Origin: Clytia hemisphaerica
Lineage: Eukaryota
Reading direction: 5' to 3'
Assembly: GCF_902728285.1 (NCBI RefSeq)
Contig: NW_027103286.1
Coordinates: 3,292,497-3,356,496 of the forward strand
DNA: 64,000 nt
The notes under the pieces were generated by a model, which saw only the letters and a program-made list of their open reading frames with translations, ran no database searches and was not told where the DNA came from. The position numbers and the translations under genes are program-made. Positions 11,994-23,907 of this stretch are shown here, in pieces; the stretch's first letter is position 1, and each line of letters begins with the position of its first letter.

Positions 11994-12950
11994 AGAGGAG
12001 AAAAGACTGTTTCGTTTATTTCGTGGAATTCATTTACGCGTAAAGTTTTTCCACTGAGCTTCAACTTCTCAATGACGATAGGAGAGGGTCAAGAAAATGT
12101 TGCAACGAGAATTTGCGTTCAAAGATGTTACGATAAAAAAGTGAACTCCTTTCTAGAAAGATGACAAAAAAAATTATACCAGCATTGGGTTTGTGTACAG
12201 CGTATACAGTTAAATGAACAATAAATGGATATAACCGCTTATAACGGAAAGATGTTTTAAATAAAGATACGTAAATCGGAAGAATTATAAATTTTTTCAT
12301 TTTAATACAATATTTACAACGAGCCATACATTTGACACAAATGCTACTGCTTACAAAAGATTTTTTTACAAAAAAGCACCCCCTTCTCTCAGACCCGGTA
12401 GGATTTTTCTAGCCAGTGGGGATAAAAATAACGAATTGAATCTCGATGAGGATTGGCATTCCAATTGTTTTTATGGCTGGGGATTTCAACTCTTTTGTTT
12501 TCAAGTCAGAAAATTCAGTGGGGATGGAAAAAATAGTAAATATTTTGCAGTGAGGATTGGTTTATTTGATTATTTTCAACGGGGACAAAAATTGGAGGGA
12601 AATTTTCCACCGGGGATGATATTCTGGCCGACTTTCCAGTGGGATGCAATCCCAGTAGGTCTGTGAGAAGGGGGTGTCAAAAATATACTCCTAAGATAGA
12701 AATGTACATTAGGCCAGATTTCTAGATTCTAGATTTGCGGATGTCAAGAATAAAGAGACATGAAGAGCTTTAACCCAAATAATGGTTTTCCCATGTTAAA
12801 TAGCAGAAAACTTATTTCCAGCTCCGATACGAGAAACATTTACTTTATATAACAACTTTTACATAGTAAAACTTTTACATAGTAAAAAAAAGCAACTACC
12901 ACACTACTTATTTACATTTCACACTCTAGTATTTTCATTTTTAGTTTTGC

Positions 12951-14081
12951 TCATTCTTCACAACTCGATAGCGTGTAATGTTTCAATGTCTTCAATTTCA
13001 GAATTTCACTTACAGTATTTCGTGATAATTTACACCGCACATGGATACTCTCCAAACTCTCACATTCCTTAACAACGCGCAATACGGCATCGTCAAGTTC
13101 GGCATTTGGTGATGACGTCACTTCTAAAACACGCAAAGTTTGTTTGTAGATCATGGAGGCGAGATTTATATGTTCGTTGACTGTGGCTTGAAAGTATAGC
13201 TTTAAGCTGGATACGGGCACTTCCGGTAACATAATACGGAAGGTGGATTGTAGCGGATAAGTTGGATCGAAATGTAGCTCGATTCGTAGATCAGGGATGG
13301 CTTGACGTATCGAATTCCAATCGTCGCCACTCAAACATTTAAAGAATTTATCCGCGCGTTTAAAAGTGAGCGAAAGGAATTTCAATTTGGTTGTTTCGGA
13401 GATCTGTTTCAGAGCTTCTCCTTCAAAGCACGAGTATGGGATATGTAAAGTGTTCAGGTTAGATGCTTTCGAAACGAATTTAGCGATACACTTAGCAGAG
13501 ATCCGACCCATAAGGATTTTGTTTTGGATGTTCAATTGTTCTAAGCTATCTGCGTGGTTTTGAGTAATGATGTTTAGCAAGTCATCATCAAACGCTACTG
13601 GGAACTTCGATAGGTCGATTTGTTTCAACGGTTGTTTGAAAGATGGATGAAGGAAAAAATTCTTCAATGTGCCCAGTAAGAGGTGCCCAGAATAAAATAA
13701 AGGATTCTCTTCACAAAATTCGAGCGTGAAATTTTCCAGTCTCAGAGTTGGCTGTCCAACTAAAGCTTCCAAAAAGGCACAAGTATTCGTTCGGTTATTC
13801 TTAGCGCTCTGATGACATTTGATGTGTAGGTTTTTGAAGTATTTCCCATAATGCTTTGCGACAAGTTCTAATTTAGCATCTCTTTCTTCTTTGAAAATCA
13901 CAATGACGTCATTCCACAGGTGTCCCACACAAAGCGAGCGGTACCAACGCCGACATGCGGACGCTGCTTGATAGCGGTCAACCAAATCTAAACCGGTTAA
14001 AATTTCAACGCAAATTTCTTCCGGAAGTAATTGCCAATCGTGTTGCATGCTTGATAGATTGTACATTTTTAAAGTTTTCAA
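12951..14081 (-). CDS. Intronless F-box protein with an LRR-like C-terminus (376 aa; F-box = LPEEICVEILTGLDLVDRYQAASACRRWYRSL)
   Basis: Uninterrupted 1131-nt ORF; F-box consensus (LP.EI...IL..L...DL.....VCK.W) near the N-terminus; regularly spaced leucines later. Confidence 0.65.
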   Translation of the reverse strand: MKTLKMYNLSSMQHDWQLLPEEICVEILTGLDLVDRYQAASACRRWYRSLCVGHLWNDVIVIFKEERDAKLELVAKHYGKYFKNLHIKCHQSAKNNRTNTCAFLEALVGQPTLRLENFTLEFCEENPLFYSGHLLLGTLKNFFLHPSFKQPLKQIDLSKFPVAFDDDLLNIITQNHADSLEQLNIQNKILMGRISAKCIAKFVSKASNLNTLHIPYSCFEGEALKQISETTKLKFLSLTFKRADKFFKCLSGDDWNSIRQAIPDLRIELHFDPTYPLQSTFRIMLPEVPVSSLKLYFQATVNEHINLASMIYKQTLRVLEVTSSPNAELDDAVLRVVKECESLESIHVRCKLSRNTVSEILKLKTLKHYTLSSCEE

Positions 14082-15482
14082 ATGTTATTGAGTTGTATAA
14101 GTAATTTACGTTTTTTGTTATCTTAATCTATTTTGCTGGTTCTCTCTCAACTCATGACTGTCACATGTTTCTTCTTTAAATTCAAATCAAAGTTAATCGC
14201 CTTAAGTCGTCATTTGATTTCTCAAATTGAGCTGTGTTTTGATCTTATGTTTTTAGCAGTCAATAAGGCTATAATTGTATCCATGTCACCATGTCAAACA
14301 AAATATAGTATCTACAATAATCCTAAATATATTCCCATCTCAATGGAAACCTTTCTTCCTATAGAAAATCAAAAATAGGAAAATTCTTTTTCTTGTTCAT
14401 TTATTAAATATTTTATGTTTTGATACTTTCGTATATGACGTCATAATGCTCATAACTGAGTTATTGCAAATGATAACTTTATATAAAAAGTTTGACTAAA
14501 GTTATTCTTCCAAACATTTGATATAAATATCTCCGTAGGCTGGGAGCGTAGGTGATTAAAATGCGGTCAACTGCTGTGCAACACTTGAGTCCAATTCAAA
14601 GTATATCTCTTTTTCTCTGCCTGGAACAATTTGCGTCGTTTATGACTTAGTCACATAGATGGGATTCATGTAGGCGTTTTTCTTTTCGCTCGGCGAGGCA
14701 AGGAAAAGTCATGAAATATATGTGTTGCTATAAAATCTACAGTACGATTATCGAAAATTCTAAAATTTGACGGTGACTTTTGACACCAGCCTGAAATAGA
14801 CCCTGTTTTAATTTAATACATTTTTGTCAGATACTAGCTATCTTATTGGACCAAAGTTCCGTATGAAATGACACTTTCTTGCAAAATTATGTACAAAATT
14901 TTGAACTTCTTGAGTAGAATCATGGTAGAATGGTTTTCTAACATCTTCCACTCTCTAGCAGAGAGCACACCCAATGGCTAAATTGGAGGTAAAAATCTTT
15001 ATTTGAGTCAGGGTTGTACAATATATATTACATAGTGTACAAAATATACTTTCGAACTCTACTTTTTCTGAGTGTTTTTCTGCTGTTTCTTTAAAGTTCT
15101 TACTTCAATTCCCTCTATTCTTTCTTGGTAAGCCTCCATATAATCTCAGTTTTCATTTCTAAGGCTTGACCACGCGTAATAATTAGAATAAAATTGATTA
15201 GGCAAAATTAAGGGTGAGGTTTTATTTTTACATAAGTGTTCCCGTTTCATATCAGACACATATTTCATATCAGGACAGTGTCTCCCTTTTGTTATATTAT
15301 ATTGATGTAAGCCCTTTCTGACCAATCTTGCTCCACATCCGTATCAATTCAATGTGAACAAGCCACATGCTAAATGGACCTACCTAACAATGAGAAACAG
15401 ATAAAAATAGAAAAATTGCCAAAGAGTAAGAAAATGCAATGAGGATAGCTTGAAAAGATAGAACAGAGATGAACATTATATA

Positions 15483-15919
15483 CCGTAAATCACCGATTAA
15501 GCGCCCGGGCGCTTATTTAATTTTTCAGGCTCTGAGAGGGGCGCTTATTCAAGCGGGGCACTTATTCAAGCGGGGCGCTTATTTTTTTATTTCAGAAATT
15601 CGTATATCAACAAATTCGGAATCTGCTTAAATTAAAGGATGAATAAAAGAAAAATCCAATAAGAAACAGAAAAAAAAGAAAGCTAAAAGACCTTGATTTT
15701 TATTTTTGTTCCAATTTTTTTCGACTGTTAATCATCTGAACTGAAGAGAAATTCTTATCCCGGAAATTAGCCTAGGCCACCAATTCGAATAAGCGCCCCT
15801 CCCTGGAGGGGGGGGGTGCTTATTCGAGCGGGGCGCTTATAAAATTATTTTAACTAAATGGGGGCGCTTATTCGAGCGGGGCGCTAATTCAAGCGGGGCG
15901 CTTAATCGGTGATTTACGG
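15483..15919. mobile_element. MITE (~437 bp) with a 23-bp perfect TIR (ccgtaaatcaccgattaagcgc / gcgcttaatcggtgatttacgg) flanked by TA..TA (Tc1/mariner-like target duplication); internal GGGGCGCTTATTCAAGC repeats
   Basis: TIRs read directly at 15483-15505 and 15897-15919; TA dinucleotides at 15481-82 and 15920-21. Confidence 0.7.
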
Positions 15920-17094
15920 TATAAGTCATAGCCAGTTTTTGTTGACTAAAGAATTCATGCCAGGCAAGGACTTGAACAGAGATAGTCGGCCGGAAAAAAA
16001 TGTTTTTCGAAAATCGGGCTCCGTCACATTTTAGGTATTGTCATTTTGCATCAGTGTGCAAAATTTCATTAAAAAAATATAAAGTACAGCTCGAGAAATT
16101 CAAGAAATACTCTCTTACCGGCAAAAATAAGTTGTTCCGGCGATTTTATTGAAAATTGAAACATGCTTGATGGTGGGCATTGCTATTAATAATGTTTTTG
16201 AATGAAAAAACAACCAATTATAAGGAAAAAGTCCAATGAAAATCCAAAAAACGGTGATTTCCGGCATATTAAAATCGGACTCGGCCATATTTTGGGCATT
16301 GCCATTTTGCATCATTGTGCCAAAAATCAGAAAAAGCTAATGAGCCAATCCTGAGAAAACATGGTAACAGACGGACGAACGAACGGACGGACATCGGTTT
16401 TGTGAATCAAAATTGACGAGTAAGCAAACGATATCACTCTTATTTATTAACAAAACCTTTAATTACGATTTTTTGCTAAACACAGTGTACGCGTTATTAA
16501 AAAATTTACGGTACGTAAGTCCAGATGACGGCATATTTCCTAACGTTTCGCCCGAAGCCGGTTCTGCGGAACAAGCTGTATTATAGACGATTTTTGAATT
16601 ATTTAAAGTGGCGATTGACCTGTGACAAAGATTGGGGGTCAACAAGAGATACAAGTTATTACTTAGCTTTAATTTTGAATTCAATTTTATATTACAATTC
16701 AACGAAACACGTTACATATGACATCAAATCTTTATCAAAATACATATATTAAATTAAAATTTTCTAACCCTCAAATCAATCAATTCGCAAAAGTGCAAAT
16801 GTGAAAAAGAACTGAACAAATCAGCAGTGGTGCTAAAGGTCATGTTTTAAAAGGTCAAACCATTATAAAATCCTTGAAAAACAAATAGGCAAGTTCAGTT
16901 ACAAAATATTTATAGAAAAAGTGCAAAATTATACAAAGTACAAAACAAAATAATTTAAATCGTTACAGTTAGACATAACACCATCGTGATATAATCTTCT
17001 CGAATCAGAAATGCTCGAATCAGAAATGCTCGATCCTAAAATTCCGAAAAGCAAGATAGTAACTCAAAGCTTCAAGAAATTCGATTGTTTGTTA

Positions 17095-17406
17095 CCTTAA
17101 GGGAAGAAATTTTGGCGGGAATTTAATTTGGCGGATCAAGGAAAAAGCTAATTTTGGCGGATCAGGGAAAAAGCTAATTTTGGCGGGAATCTAATTAGGC
17201 AGATGACGGATTTTTAGATCAAAAATCAGGGTGAAAACATTGAAATGGTATTCTTTTAGGGGGTAAATTATGAAAAATCGGACATAAAATGAAGAAAATT
17301 AAATTTGGCGGGAATGTAATTTGGCGGTTGGCTGAAAAAATTAAATCTGGCGGGAACTTAATTTGGCGTATTTCAGACAAAGCCGCCAAAATTTCTTCCC
17401 TTAAGG
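17095..17406. mobile_element. MITE (~312 bp): TIR ccttaagggaagaaattttggcgg, internal tandem aatttggcgg(g/a)a units, TA flanks
   Basis: TIRs at 17095-17118 and 17383-17406; TA at 17093-94 and 17407-08. Confidence 0.65.
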
Positions 17407-17757
17407 TATGTATTTGGCTCTGATTAGAATCCGTAATCGGGATAAGTGATCAATACAGTTTTTTGTCTCAGAGGGAAATAGACTTTAAACAACAAATTCA
17501 GGAAGATTCCTCGAATTTTGTTGAATTAAGAGACATAAGAGGCTCGTTGAGACGGAAAGCTATCTAAGACGGAAGAACTTTGTGTACTGTGGGATAAACG
17601 AAAACAAAGGAAGAGTCATCAACAGCAACAACATCAACATTCGATTTCAAGAAGGGGTATTTTGCTCAAGTAAAAAAAAACACAACTTGCTGCATCGAAA
17701 TTGTTAGAAATCTTTCAGCACACGACTTACCTCATTCACTAAGCTCATTCAGTAGGT

Positions 17758-17871
17758 TTAATGTCCACCGAGAGGCGTGATTGCACCATTTGGAGCTTGG
17801 TAAAGGTTGACTGGTGTCTTGCCATCTGTGATCAATGTCGCACGAATTCCCAATGCACCCAATAAACCAAC
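17758..17871 (-). CDS. MVP: MVP exon 26, terminal (VGLLGALGIRATLITDGKTPVNLYQAPNGAITPLGGH*)
   Basis: Acceptor ctatttag; stop TAA (minus) at 17758-17760; matches [26 protein letters not shown]. Confidence 0.8.
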   Translation of the reverse strand, partial: VGLLGALGIRATLITDGKTPVNLYQAPNGAITPLGGH

Positions 17872-18130
17872 CTAAATAGTGTGAATGGTAAAAGTAATAA
17901 GTGGTGAATGGCTAAAATATTGGGATTCAGTGTTTGTTTCTACCGTAGAGTCGAACGACTGTAAACACACAGCAAAAACAATATTGGAAATAATCCTAGC
18001 ATCGAATGCATGGTTTAGCACTGCTATAAACTGTCAACAATTTCCTTTTATAGAAATAATTCCATCTTTGAACAGCCTAACTGTCCATTACCCCTGATAC
18101 CCTGCATAACCTTCTCATTACTGAACTTAC

Positions 18131-18211
18131 CTTAGCCTTTGGACCAGCGAGGGCGATATTTGTAATGGTGTCTTGACCAATGGCGTTGATTAAATCTGCT
18201 GATTTCTTCAA
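18131..18211 (-). CDS. MVP: MVP exon 25 (LKKSADLINAIGQDTITNIALAGPKAK)
   Basis: Acceptor ccctccag, donor AAG|GTAAGT; matches AIGPSTIRDLAVAGPEMQVK. Confidence 0.75.
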
Positions 18212-18342
18212 CTGGAGGGAAAAAAGATTTTTGAAAAATTAAAAGAAGGTTCTAACGGGATTATAAATATTTCTTACCAAAAAATTAGTCATTAGATTCA
18301 ATTTAAAAGCTAACTTTTTCGAGATAACGATTGAAGACCTAC

Positions 18343-18423
18343 CTCAATATCAGCCATTTGCTTGGCTTTTTTGATTTCCAGCCCGTTGACTGTCTTCATG
18401 TATTCGATCTCAGCTTTTCGTTG
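18343..18423 (-). CDS. MVP: MVP exon 24 (QRKAEIEYMKTVNGLEIKKAKQMADIE)
   Basis: Acceptor ttttcag, donor GAG|GTAGGT. Confidence 0.65.
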
Positions 18424-18866
18424 CTGAAAATGAAGCGGATTTGTTACTATAAGCGTCTGTTTTGCGGTAGTTGGCTATCAAACTTGACAGCCGTCCAGGA
18501 GATCCATGTTCGATTCCAACTCTTAGCTAAGATTCACTTGGCAAGTGAAAATATCTTCGCCCAGACTAACGCAGTCTGTACATAGACCCGATATCTACGG
18601 CTAATTTCAAAGTTCATTGTAGTATTTACTACGAAACGATAAACGTGAGATACACTCTAGTACAGAGTAGGGCTAACCAATGGCACGTGGGTAGCCAGAA
18701 ACACAAGAAGTCTCCTGGTGACTGTGTCGCGTATCGATACACTGATAATATAATGCATGATTTAAAAAACTTGATTCAAATACTGCATTTAGCGTAAAAC
18801 CAGACAGGATCAGGCTTTAAAGACGATAAACTGATGTTCTTTAAAGAAGGGACGTGTTTCACAAAC

Positions 18867-18931
18867 CTGCTCGAGAATTTCCATTTTGGAGTTTTCTTCG
18901 ATTTCCAACGCCTTTGCTTTTAAATTAGCAG
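18867..18931 (-). CDS. MVP: MVP exon 23 (AANLKAKALEIEENSKMEILEQ)
   Basis: Acceptor attttag, donor CAG|GTTTGT. Confidence 0.6.
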
Positions 18932-19063
18932 CTAAAATATAGATATAATTATGGCGATGAATGATGCTGTTAATACTAAATTGAATCAAACAAAAACTTT
19001 TTTAAACAAAATCCAGCCATTCAGGCGGTATAAAATAGTATGCCAAAGCAAAACTTTTCTAAC

Positions 19064-19109
19064 CTTCAATAGCCATGTGTCCTTCGATCAAAGTCTTTTC
19101 GGCTTGAGC
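19064..19109 (-). CDS. MVP: MVP exon 22 (AQAEKTLIEGHMAIE)
   Basis: Acceptor cttttag, donor G|GTTAGA. Confidence 0.6.
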
Positions 19110-19365
19110 CTAAAAGTGTGAACAGGTAAAGATTATGATGAACAGTGATAAAAAAGGCCCTTTGTGGCCCTATTTTGGCCTCAAATAAAGAATGCGGATG
19201 CTCAGATGGCGGGAGGGTCAAAGAGCTGACTAAAAGAAGCCTCTTGTAACACGCTGTTCATCCCAAATTTGAAATGCATTTCTTTTTGATAATAGCTCGT
19301 CATAAAAAAAGAAACCTTTTACAAGTTTTATTATTAAATTTTGTGTAAACAACAAAACTCCTTAC

Positions 19366-19455
19366 CTCGGCTTCCGCTTTGGCTTGACCAGAAGATTCCA
19401 CAGCGGCTGTTTCTGCACGTAATTCATAGAGGTTCATACGTGCTGATTCTGCCGC
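19366..19455 (-). CDS. MVP: MVP exon 21 (AAESARMNLYELRAETAAVESSGQAKAEAE), cap-helix coiled coil
   Basis: Acceptor cttacag, donor GAG|GTAAGG; matches LSMAVESTGTAKAEAE. Confidence 0.75.
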
Positions 19456-19603
19456 CTGTAAGAAATGGAAGAAACATAGGAGTTAAATACGACGCACTAC
19501 CATTCAAAGTCTCAAAATGAGCAATAAAAAAAATAGAGCCGCTATTTCTAGAAGGTGATGTCTTAGAAATATCTCAATAAGAAAATAAATCTTTTAAGCG
19601 AAC

Positions 19604-19694
19604 CTTTTCATTTTGTAGCTTATTCTTCTCCAAATTTCCTTTGGCAGTTTGTTCGTGTCTGCGAGCTTCGTGCGATGCTGCGCGCTCAATCGAT
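19604..19694 (-). CDS. MVP: MVP exon 20 (QSIERAASHEARRHEQTAKGNLEKNKLQNEK)
   Basis: Acceptor ctttag, donor AAG|GTTCGC (weak). Confidence 0.65.
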
Positions 19695-20048
19695 CTAAAG
19701 AACAACGGAAATAAAATGTATGTATGGTCTTTTGAGATCTAAGTTAAAAAATCACATCTAAAGGAAAAGCCGAAATAGAGTGAGCAGATTCGTTCACAAA
19801 TAATTTCATTCGAGTTACTGTGTAGACGATGTTATCGTTACAGTGATAGTAAAGGCGGTAAAATATGGCAGTATGGCGTTATGGCGCTATACGGGAAAAA
19901 ATCGGCGGGAGAGTTTCGAAGAAACAGAATGGCAACTCTACCGACCATAAACTCTTTTCGGCAAAAAAACCCGTTTGCGAATTTTCTTCGGCTTTGGGTT
20001 TTTTTCTTAGATAGTGATTCGTCTTAGACTATAACATAGTCTACTTAC

Positions 20049-20149
20049 TGTGTTGAGATTTCGATGGCCATTTGCACGGATTTCAACAAACTGTCTCTCA
20101 TTTGTGTATCCACTGGTTCGATGCTTTGAACATCAATGTTTGTCACTGT
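20049..20149 (-). CDS. MVP: MVP exon 19 ([33 protein letters not shown])
   Basis: Acceptor tttgcag, donor CA|GTAAGT; matches [32 protein letters not shown]. Confidence 0.8.
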
Positions 20150-20901
20150 CTGCAAAAAAGAAATGTGATTTGTTATCCCTTTTCTATTTAAAATACGATT
20201 GAAGTAAAGTCAACTTTTGTAGACTAGAGTCTACTTTTGGCTGAAATTTGCTTTTTGATAATTTTTTATGACGCTGAGTCCAGTGAAGTAGACTAGGAGC
20301 ATTTGACGAGGTTGCCATTTTGAAAGAAAAAAATGGTTAAAATCTAAATAACAAAAAAGATACTTGAAGTTGAAAAATATAATTAAGAATGAAAAAGAAA
20401 CATCAATAACAGATTTCGAATCCCTTATATTCAAATAAAAACATTGCTTCATTCTTTTTTTACATGGCAAAAACAACGAAAATCTGGCGGACTGTATAAG
20501 CAAAAGCATATAACCATATACTACCGGACCACTTGATCGCGCCATCCAGTCTATAAAAAAACTTTAAGTGGACCCCGGACTACAACTTTTGGGACAACCA
20601 GCAATCCCAAGCGCTTTGGAAATACACAAAGCGGGTGCTCTCAACAAAAAAGACAGGCCAGAAAATTTCGGAACAATTTTCGGAGAGAGCATAACACTTA
20701 AGTAAGATGGGCCCTTTTCTATTACGTAAAAGTGTTTATCTCTCTGTGTAGAAGAGCTTGTACCAAGATAGCCTGTACCAGACGGTGACAAAGATATGCC
20801 GTTCTTCGTGGACTTGGCAGATTTCTAAGAAAGTGTAAAACCACCCGCGACACTCGAGATGGAATAATGACACGATAAATCGCAGCGTTGCGTCAACTTA
20901 C

Positions 20902-21044
20902 CATGTTGTTTTCAGAGAAAAGGAGAGCATTTCGGACATTATCTTCTTCATCGACACCGAAGACTGCTTCTTTCACGATTCGTGTGGAATAACGATGAAA
21001 CTCATCGAATGTTGTGCGTGCTACTCGACCACGAATTCGACTCG
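20902..21044 (-). CDS. MVP: MVP exon 18 (ASRIRGRVARTTFDEFHRYSTRIVKEAVFGVDEEDNVRNALLFSENNM)
   Basis: Acceptor ttttcag, donor ATG|GTAAGT; matches [31 protein letters not shown]. Confidence 0.8.
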
Positions 21045-21074
21045 CTGAAAAATGAAGAAAAAAATATATAATAT

Positions 21075-21195
21075 ACAGTTGATTCTCTAGAACTCGAATC
21101 TCTGTTACTTGAATGTCTCCTTAACTCGAACAAGTTTTCTTGTCCCTTCAATAAACAATGCCTTGTAAACCAGTGGTCTCCATTACTCGGAAATT
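21075..21195. repeat. Copy of the dispersed TAACTCGAA/TCGAGTTA SINE-like family (homologous to 56075-56145, 38015-38135, 43500-43900)
   Basis: Shared block ccttaactcgaacaa.tt...cccttca.t.aacaatgcctt.taaacc. Confidence 0.45.
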
Positions 21196-22076
21196 CCATC
21201 ACTCAAACAATTTCAAGCTCCCTGAGACACTGTACAATATTTATCCTCCGTCTTTTAGCGAGTGAGATTTCTAATGACCTTGCCACAAATAACCCTTCAA
21301 TCAGTACAGGCTTCCCTAAAGAGAAAAATCCTTTATTTATTGTGATAAGGGTGGCAGACTTACAACTTTAACGCCGGTTGCCACCCACCAAAAGAAATTA
21401 TTTTTACACTATATATCCGCTCTTTAAAATTACCAATAAAATCTGTACGCGCTAAATATGGAATCATTGCCACAAGAGATCACAAAGCCGAAAAGTCGAG
21501 GACAGTAAAAGTTCTGATTTACCACTGTCCTCAGTCAGTCAGGATTTAGACAAATCAAAAGCTAGCCGTCTCCAGCACAGAAAAACGAATAAGAGAGATT
21601 ATGTATCGGAGATATTCTACGGCTACGGTTGCGGGGCTACCCATACGGGTCGTCACCAAAGGTGACATGTCGTTGTCTACTTTGCTCTGTACGGGAAAAA
21701 CACCAAAACACCGTACAAGCAAAGTCGACATAATGCCGTGCGTTAAATATCGAACTTGCTTTCACCCGCCATTACTTGCCTTACTCGCTATTTCCCTCAC
21801 CACTCTAACCGTAGCCGTAGAGAATTCCAGATACATAATCTCGCTATAATCTCGCCAGTGACGCCAAATAGAACGAAACCAAGTATCTATTTGACGTCAA
21901 AAAAAACGTTCAGAAAGAAAAGATTAAACTGCTACAGTCTGGGAACATCGTCGCCATCACGCTCCATGGCTGTAAACACACCACAACATCGCACACAAAT
22001 TTCAGTGTAGAGTTAACATCATACTTTACTTTCTTTTTTAATTTCGCGGCTCAGTGAATTTTATTAGTTACTTGTC

Positions 22077-22088
22077 ATGGACACCACT
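22077..22088 (+). CDS. Nested gene N exon 1 (ATG GAC ACC ACT then GTAAGT); antisense inside the 10.8 kb MVP intron
   Basis: ATG followed 12 nt later by a consensus donor; in phase with the next exon. Confidence 0.35.
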
Positions 22089-22228
22089 GTAAGTTATATT
22101 TGCTTGAAACTTTTTATACTTCTGTCGTAAAAGAAAACACGAGGAATAAGGTTATGATAGATTTGACTGGAATTTATATAATATTGTGTCACTGACTACT
22201 GCTAAATCGCCTCCCTTTTTTTGTACAG

Positions 22229-22533
22229 ACCAATGCAAGCCAACGTCGTGTTGACAAGGACGACCCAAATGGGAAACGCATCGTTTCCGTCGCCGGAGTT
22301 TACATCAAGAGTCAGATGGCTCCACAGGCGGTCGAGTACACGTCTGATGACGACACAACGTTCACCGAACATATCCCAAAAACTGTTGAGACAGTAAAAA
22401 CAGATCCTAGTTGTGAAACAATTGCAAATACCAATCTTGCAAGCGTGGAAGAAGTCACAAACAACACCGCTCATGCAGAGACAGTCGTATCTAAACATAC
22501 TGAAATTGTTGCTGATACAAATAGTAATGATAG
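22229..22533 (+). CDS. Gene N exon 2 (TNASQRRVDKDDPNGKRIVSVAGVYIKSQMAPQAVEYTSDDDTTFTEHIPK...), acidic and S/T-rich
   Basis: Acceptor ttgtacag, donor AG|GTAAGA; ORF 22316..22537. Confidence 0.45.
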
Positions 22534-22780
22534 GTAAGAGTTCCATTCCGACATTTTATTCCAAACATAGATAGAATCCTGACTGGTAATCCAATCACTC
22601 TATACGTTTCATGGTTTGGCCCAAACGTAAAACTTGACTCCCGTATAGGAATATACACGAAATATCTATAGAGGCCTAAGATTTGCAAAGCCATTTCGGG
22701 TCTAAAGGTCGCCGACTGTTCTAATTTTGGTAGCCTGTACTTGTTTTTAACAATTCACTTCTTCTTTTTTCACATGGTAG

Positions 22781-22808
22781 GAACTTAGATGCTGATACTT
22801 CAAAGACA
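22781..22808 (+). CDS. Gene N exon 3 (RNLDADTSKT)
   Basis: Acceptor cacatggtag, donor ACA|GTAAGT. Confidence 0.35.
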
Positions 22809-22847
22809 GTAAGTAAGAAATCAAAGTTTCTTACATATTTTACAAAG

Positions 22848-23077
22848 ATCATGCTGCGTCCAAATAATTGGACACCACTCGTAATATTTGTCATGGCCTT
22901 GGAGTTGGCCACTATTGTTATATCAAGATTTCTTACATATCTTACAAAGATAATGCGGCGTCCAAATAATTGGACACCACTCGTAATGTTTGTTATGGCA
23001 TTGGAGTTGGCCACTATTGTTATGGTGGCCCAATTGGGCACCATTGCTGTCATGAACTTGTCTTCCACCGTGAGCAG
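22848..23077 (+). CDS. Gene N exon 4: two tandem 90-nt copies encoding hydrophobic segments (RPNNWTPLVIFVMALELATIVI x2); the duplicated unit includes the acceptor site
   Basis: ORF 22851..23081; acceptor ttttacaaag at 22847, repeated at 22957-22967; donor AG|GTAGGT. Confidence 0.45.
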
Positions 23078-23841
23078 GTAGGTGAATATGCGAAAAACAT
23101 TCTACAACTGTTGAGACATGATATTTAAACTACCTAAATTTGAGTTCTGATGTCTGATGTCTATTAAAGGGACATAACAGTACTTGCGAAATTTGTAAAC
23201 AAACTGTATGCAGCGGATACAAAATCAAAACAAATGTCACATGTCAAAATAAAAAATCAAACCAAATATGGCTAATTCTGATTGCTCGATTGTTTTACAA
23301 GTTTGTTTTGGACACGTGATTTCAATTGTTCTCTTAAATGACACGGGGTTCGCGCAATGTTTACATTTTACTACTTTTATGTCCCTAAGACATTAGGTTT
23401 GAGCTACCTACTACCTACTAAATTTGCATTTTCCAGAGTTCTGATGTCAGGTGGTGTTTTAACAGATGTGACATTTGATACATTTCTGTTTGCATGCTGG
23501 CTGACAAGATCAACTCGCAAAAACATTTGTGACTGTCAAAAATTTGACGATTATTTGAATTTAAATGCTAAGAACTTAATATTTTTATTTTTAAAAATTT
23601 CAGAACATTTAGGGCTATTAAGACAGAGTTCTGATGTCAGGTGGCGTTTTAACAGATGTGACATTTCGTTCATTTCTGTTTGCATGCTGGCTGACAAGAT
23701 TAACTCGCAAAATACTTGACCACTAACTCACGAAAACATTTGTGACACAAAACTAAAGTTTCAGGCCAAAGAAAGGTCGATTTTCTCCTCAGGAATGATC
23801 CTTTAAAAGGAACTTAACTGTGATTTCTTCTTTTCTTATAG

Positions 23842-23907
23842 CTTTGTATTTCAACCAGAACCGAGCTGGTTAGAAAGCATTTTATATCGAGCTGCAACGC
23901 ATTGTGG
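23842..23907 (+). CDS. Gene N exon 5 (SFVFQPEPSWLESILYRAATHC)
   Basis: Acceptor ttttcttatag, donor GG|GTAAGT. Confidence 0.4.

Noticed and set aside
13366-13563. ORF 13366..13563 (+)
   Set aside because: It is antisense within the 376-aa F-box ORF.
18440-18530. tRNA gene (B-box-like GTTCGATTCC at ~18505)
   Set aside because: A T-stem cannot be paired (CCATG / CCAAC are not complementary) and no acceptor stem or A-box fits. At most it is a degenerate tRNA-derived SINE fragment inside an MVP intron.
20231-20791. ORFs 20231..20545 (-) and 20564..20791 (-) as MVP exons
   Set aside because: They have no similarity to MVP and lack phase-compatible splice sites. MVP exons 18 and 19 flank this interval and join in frame without them.
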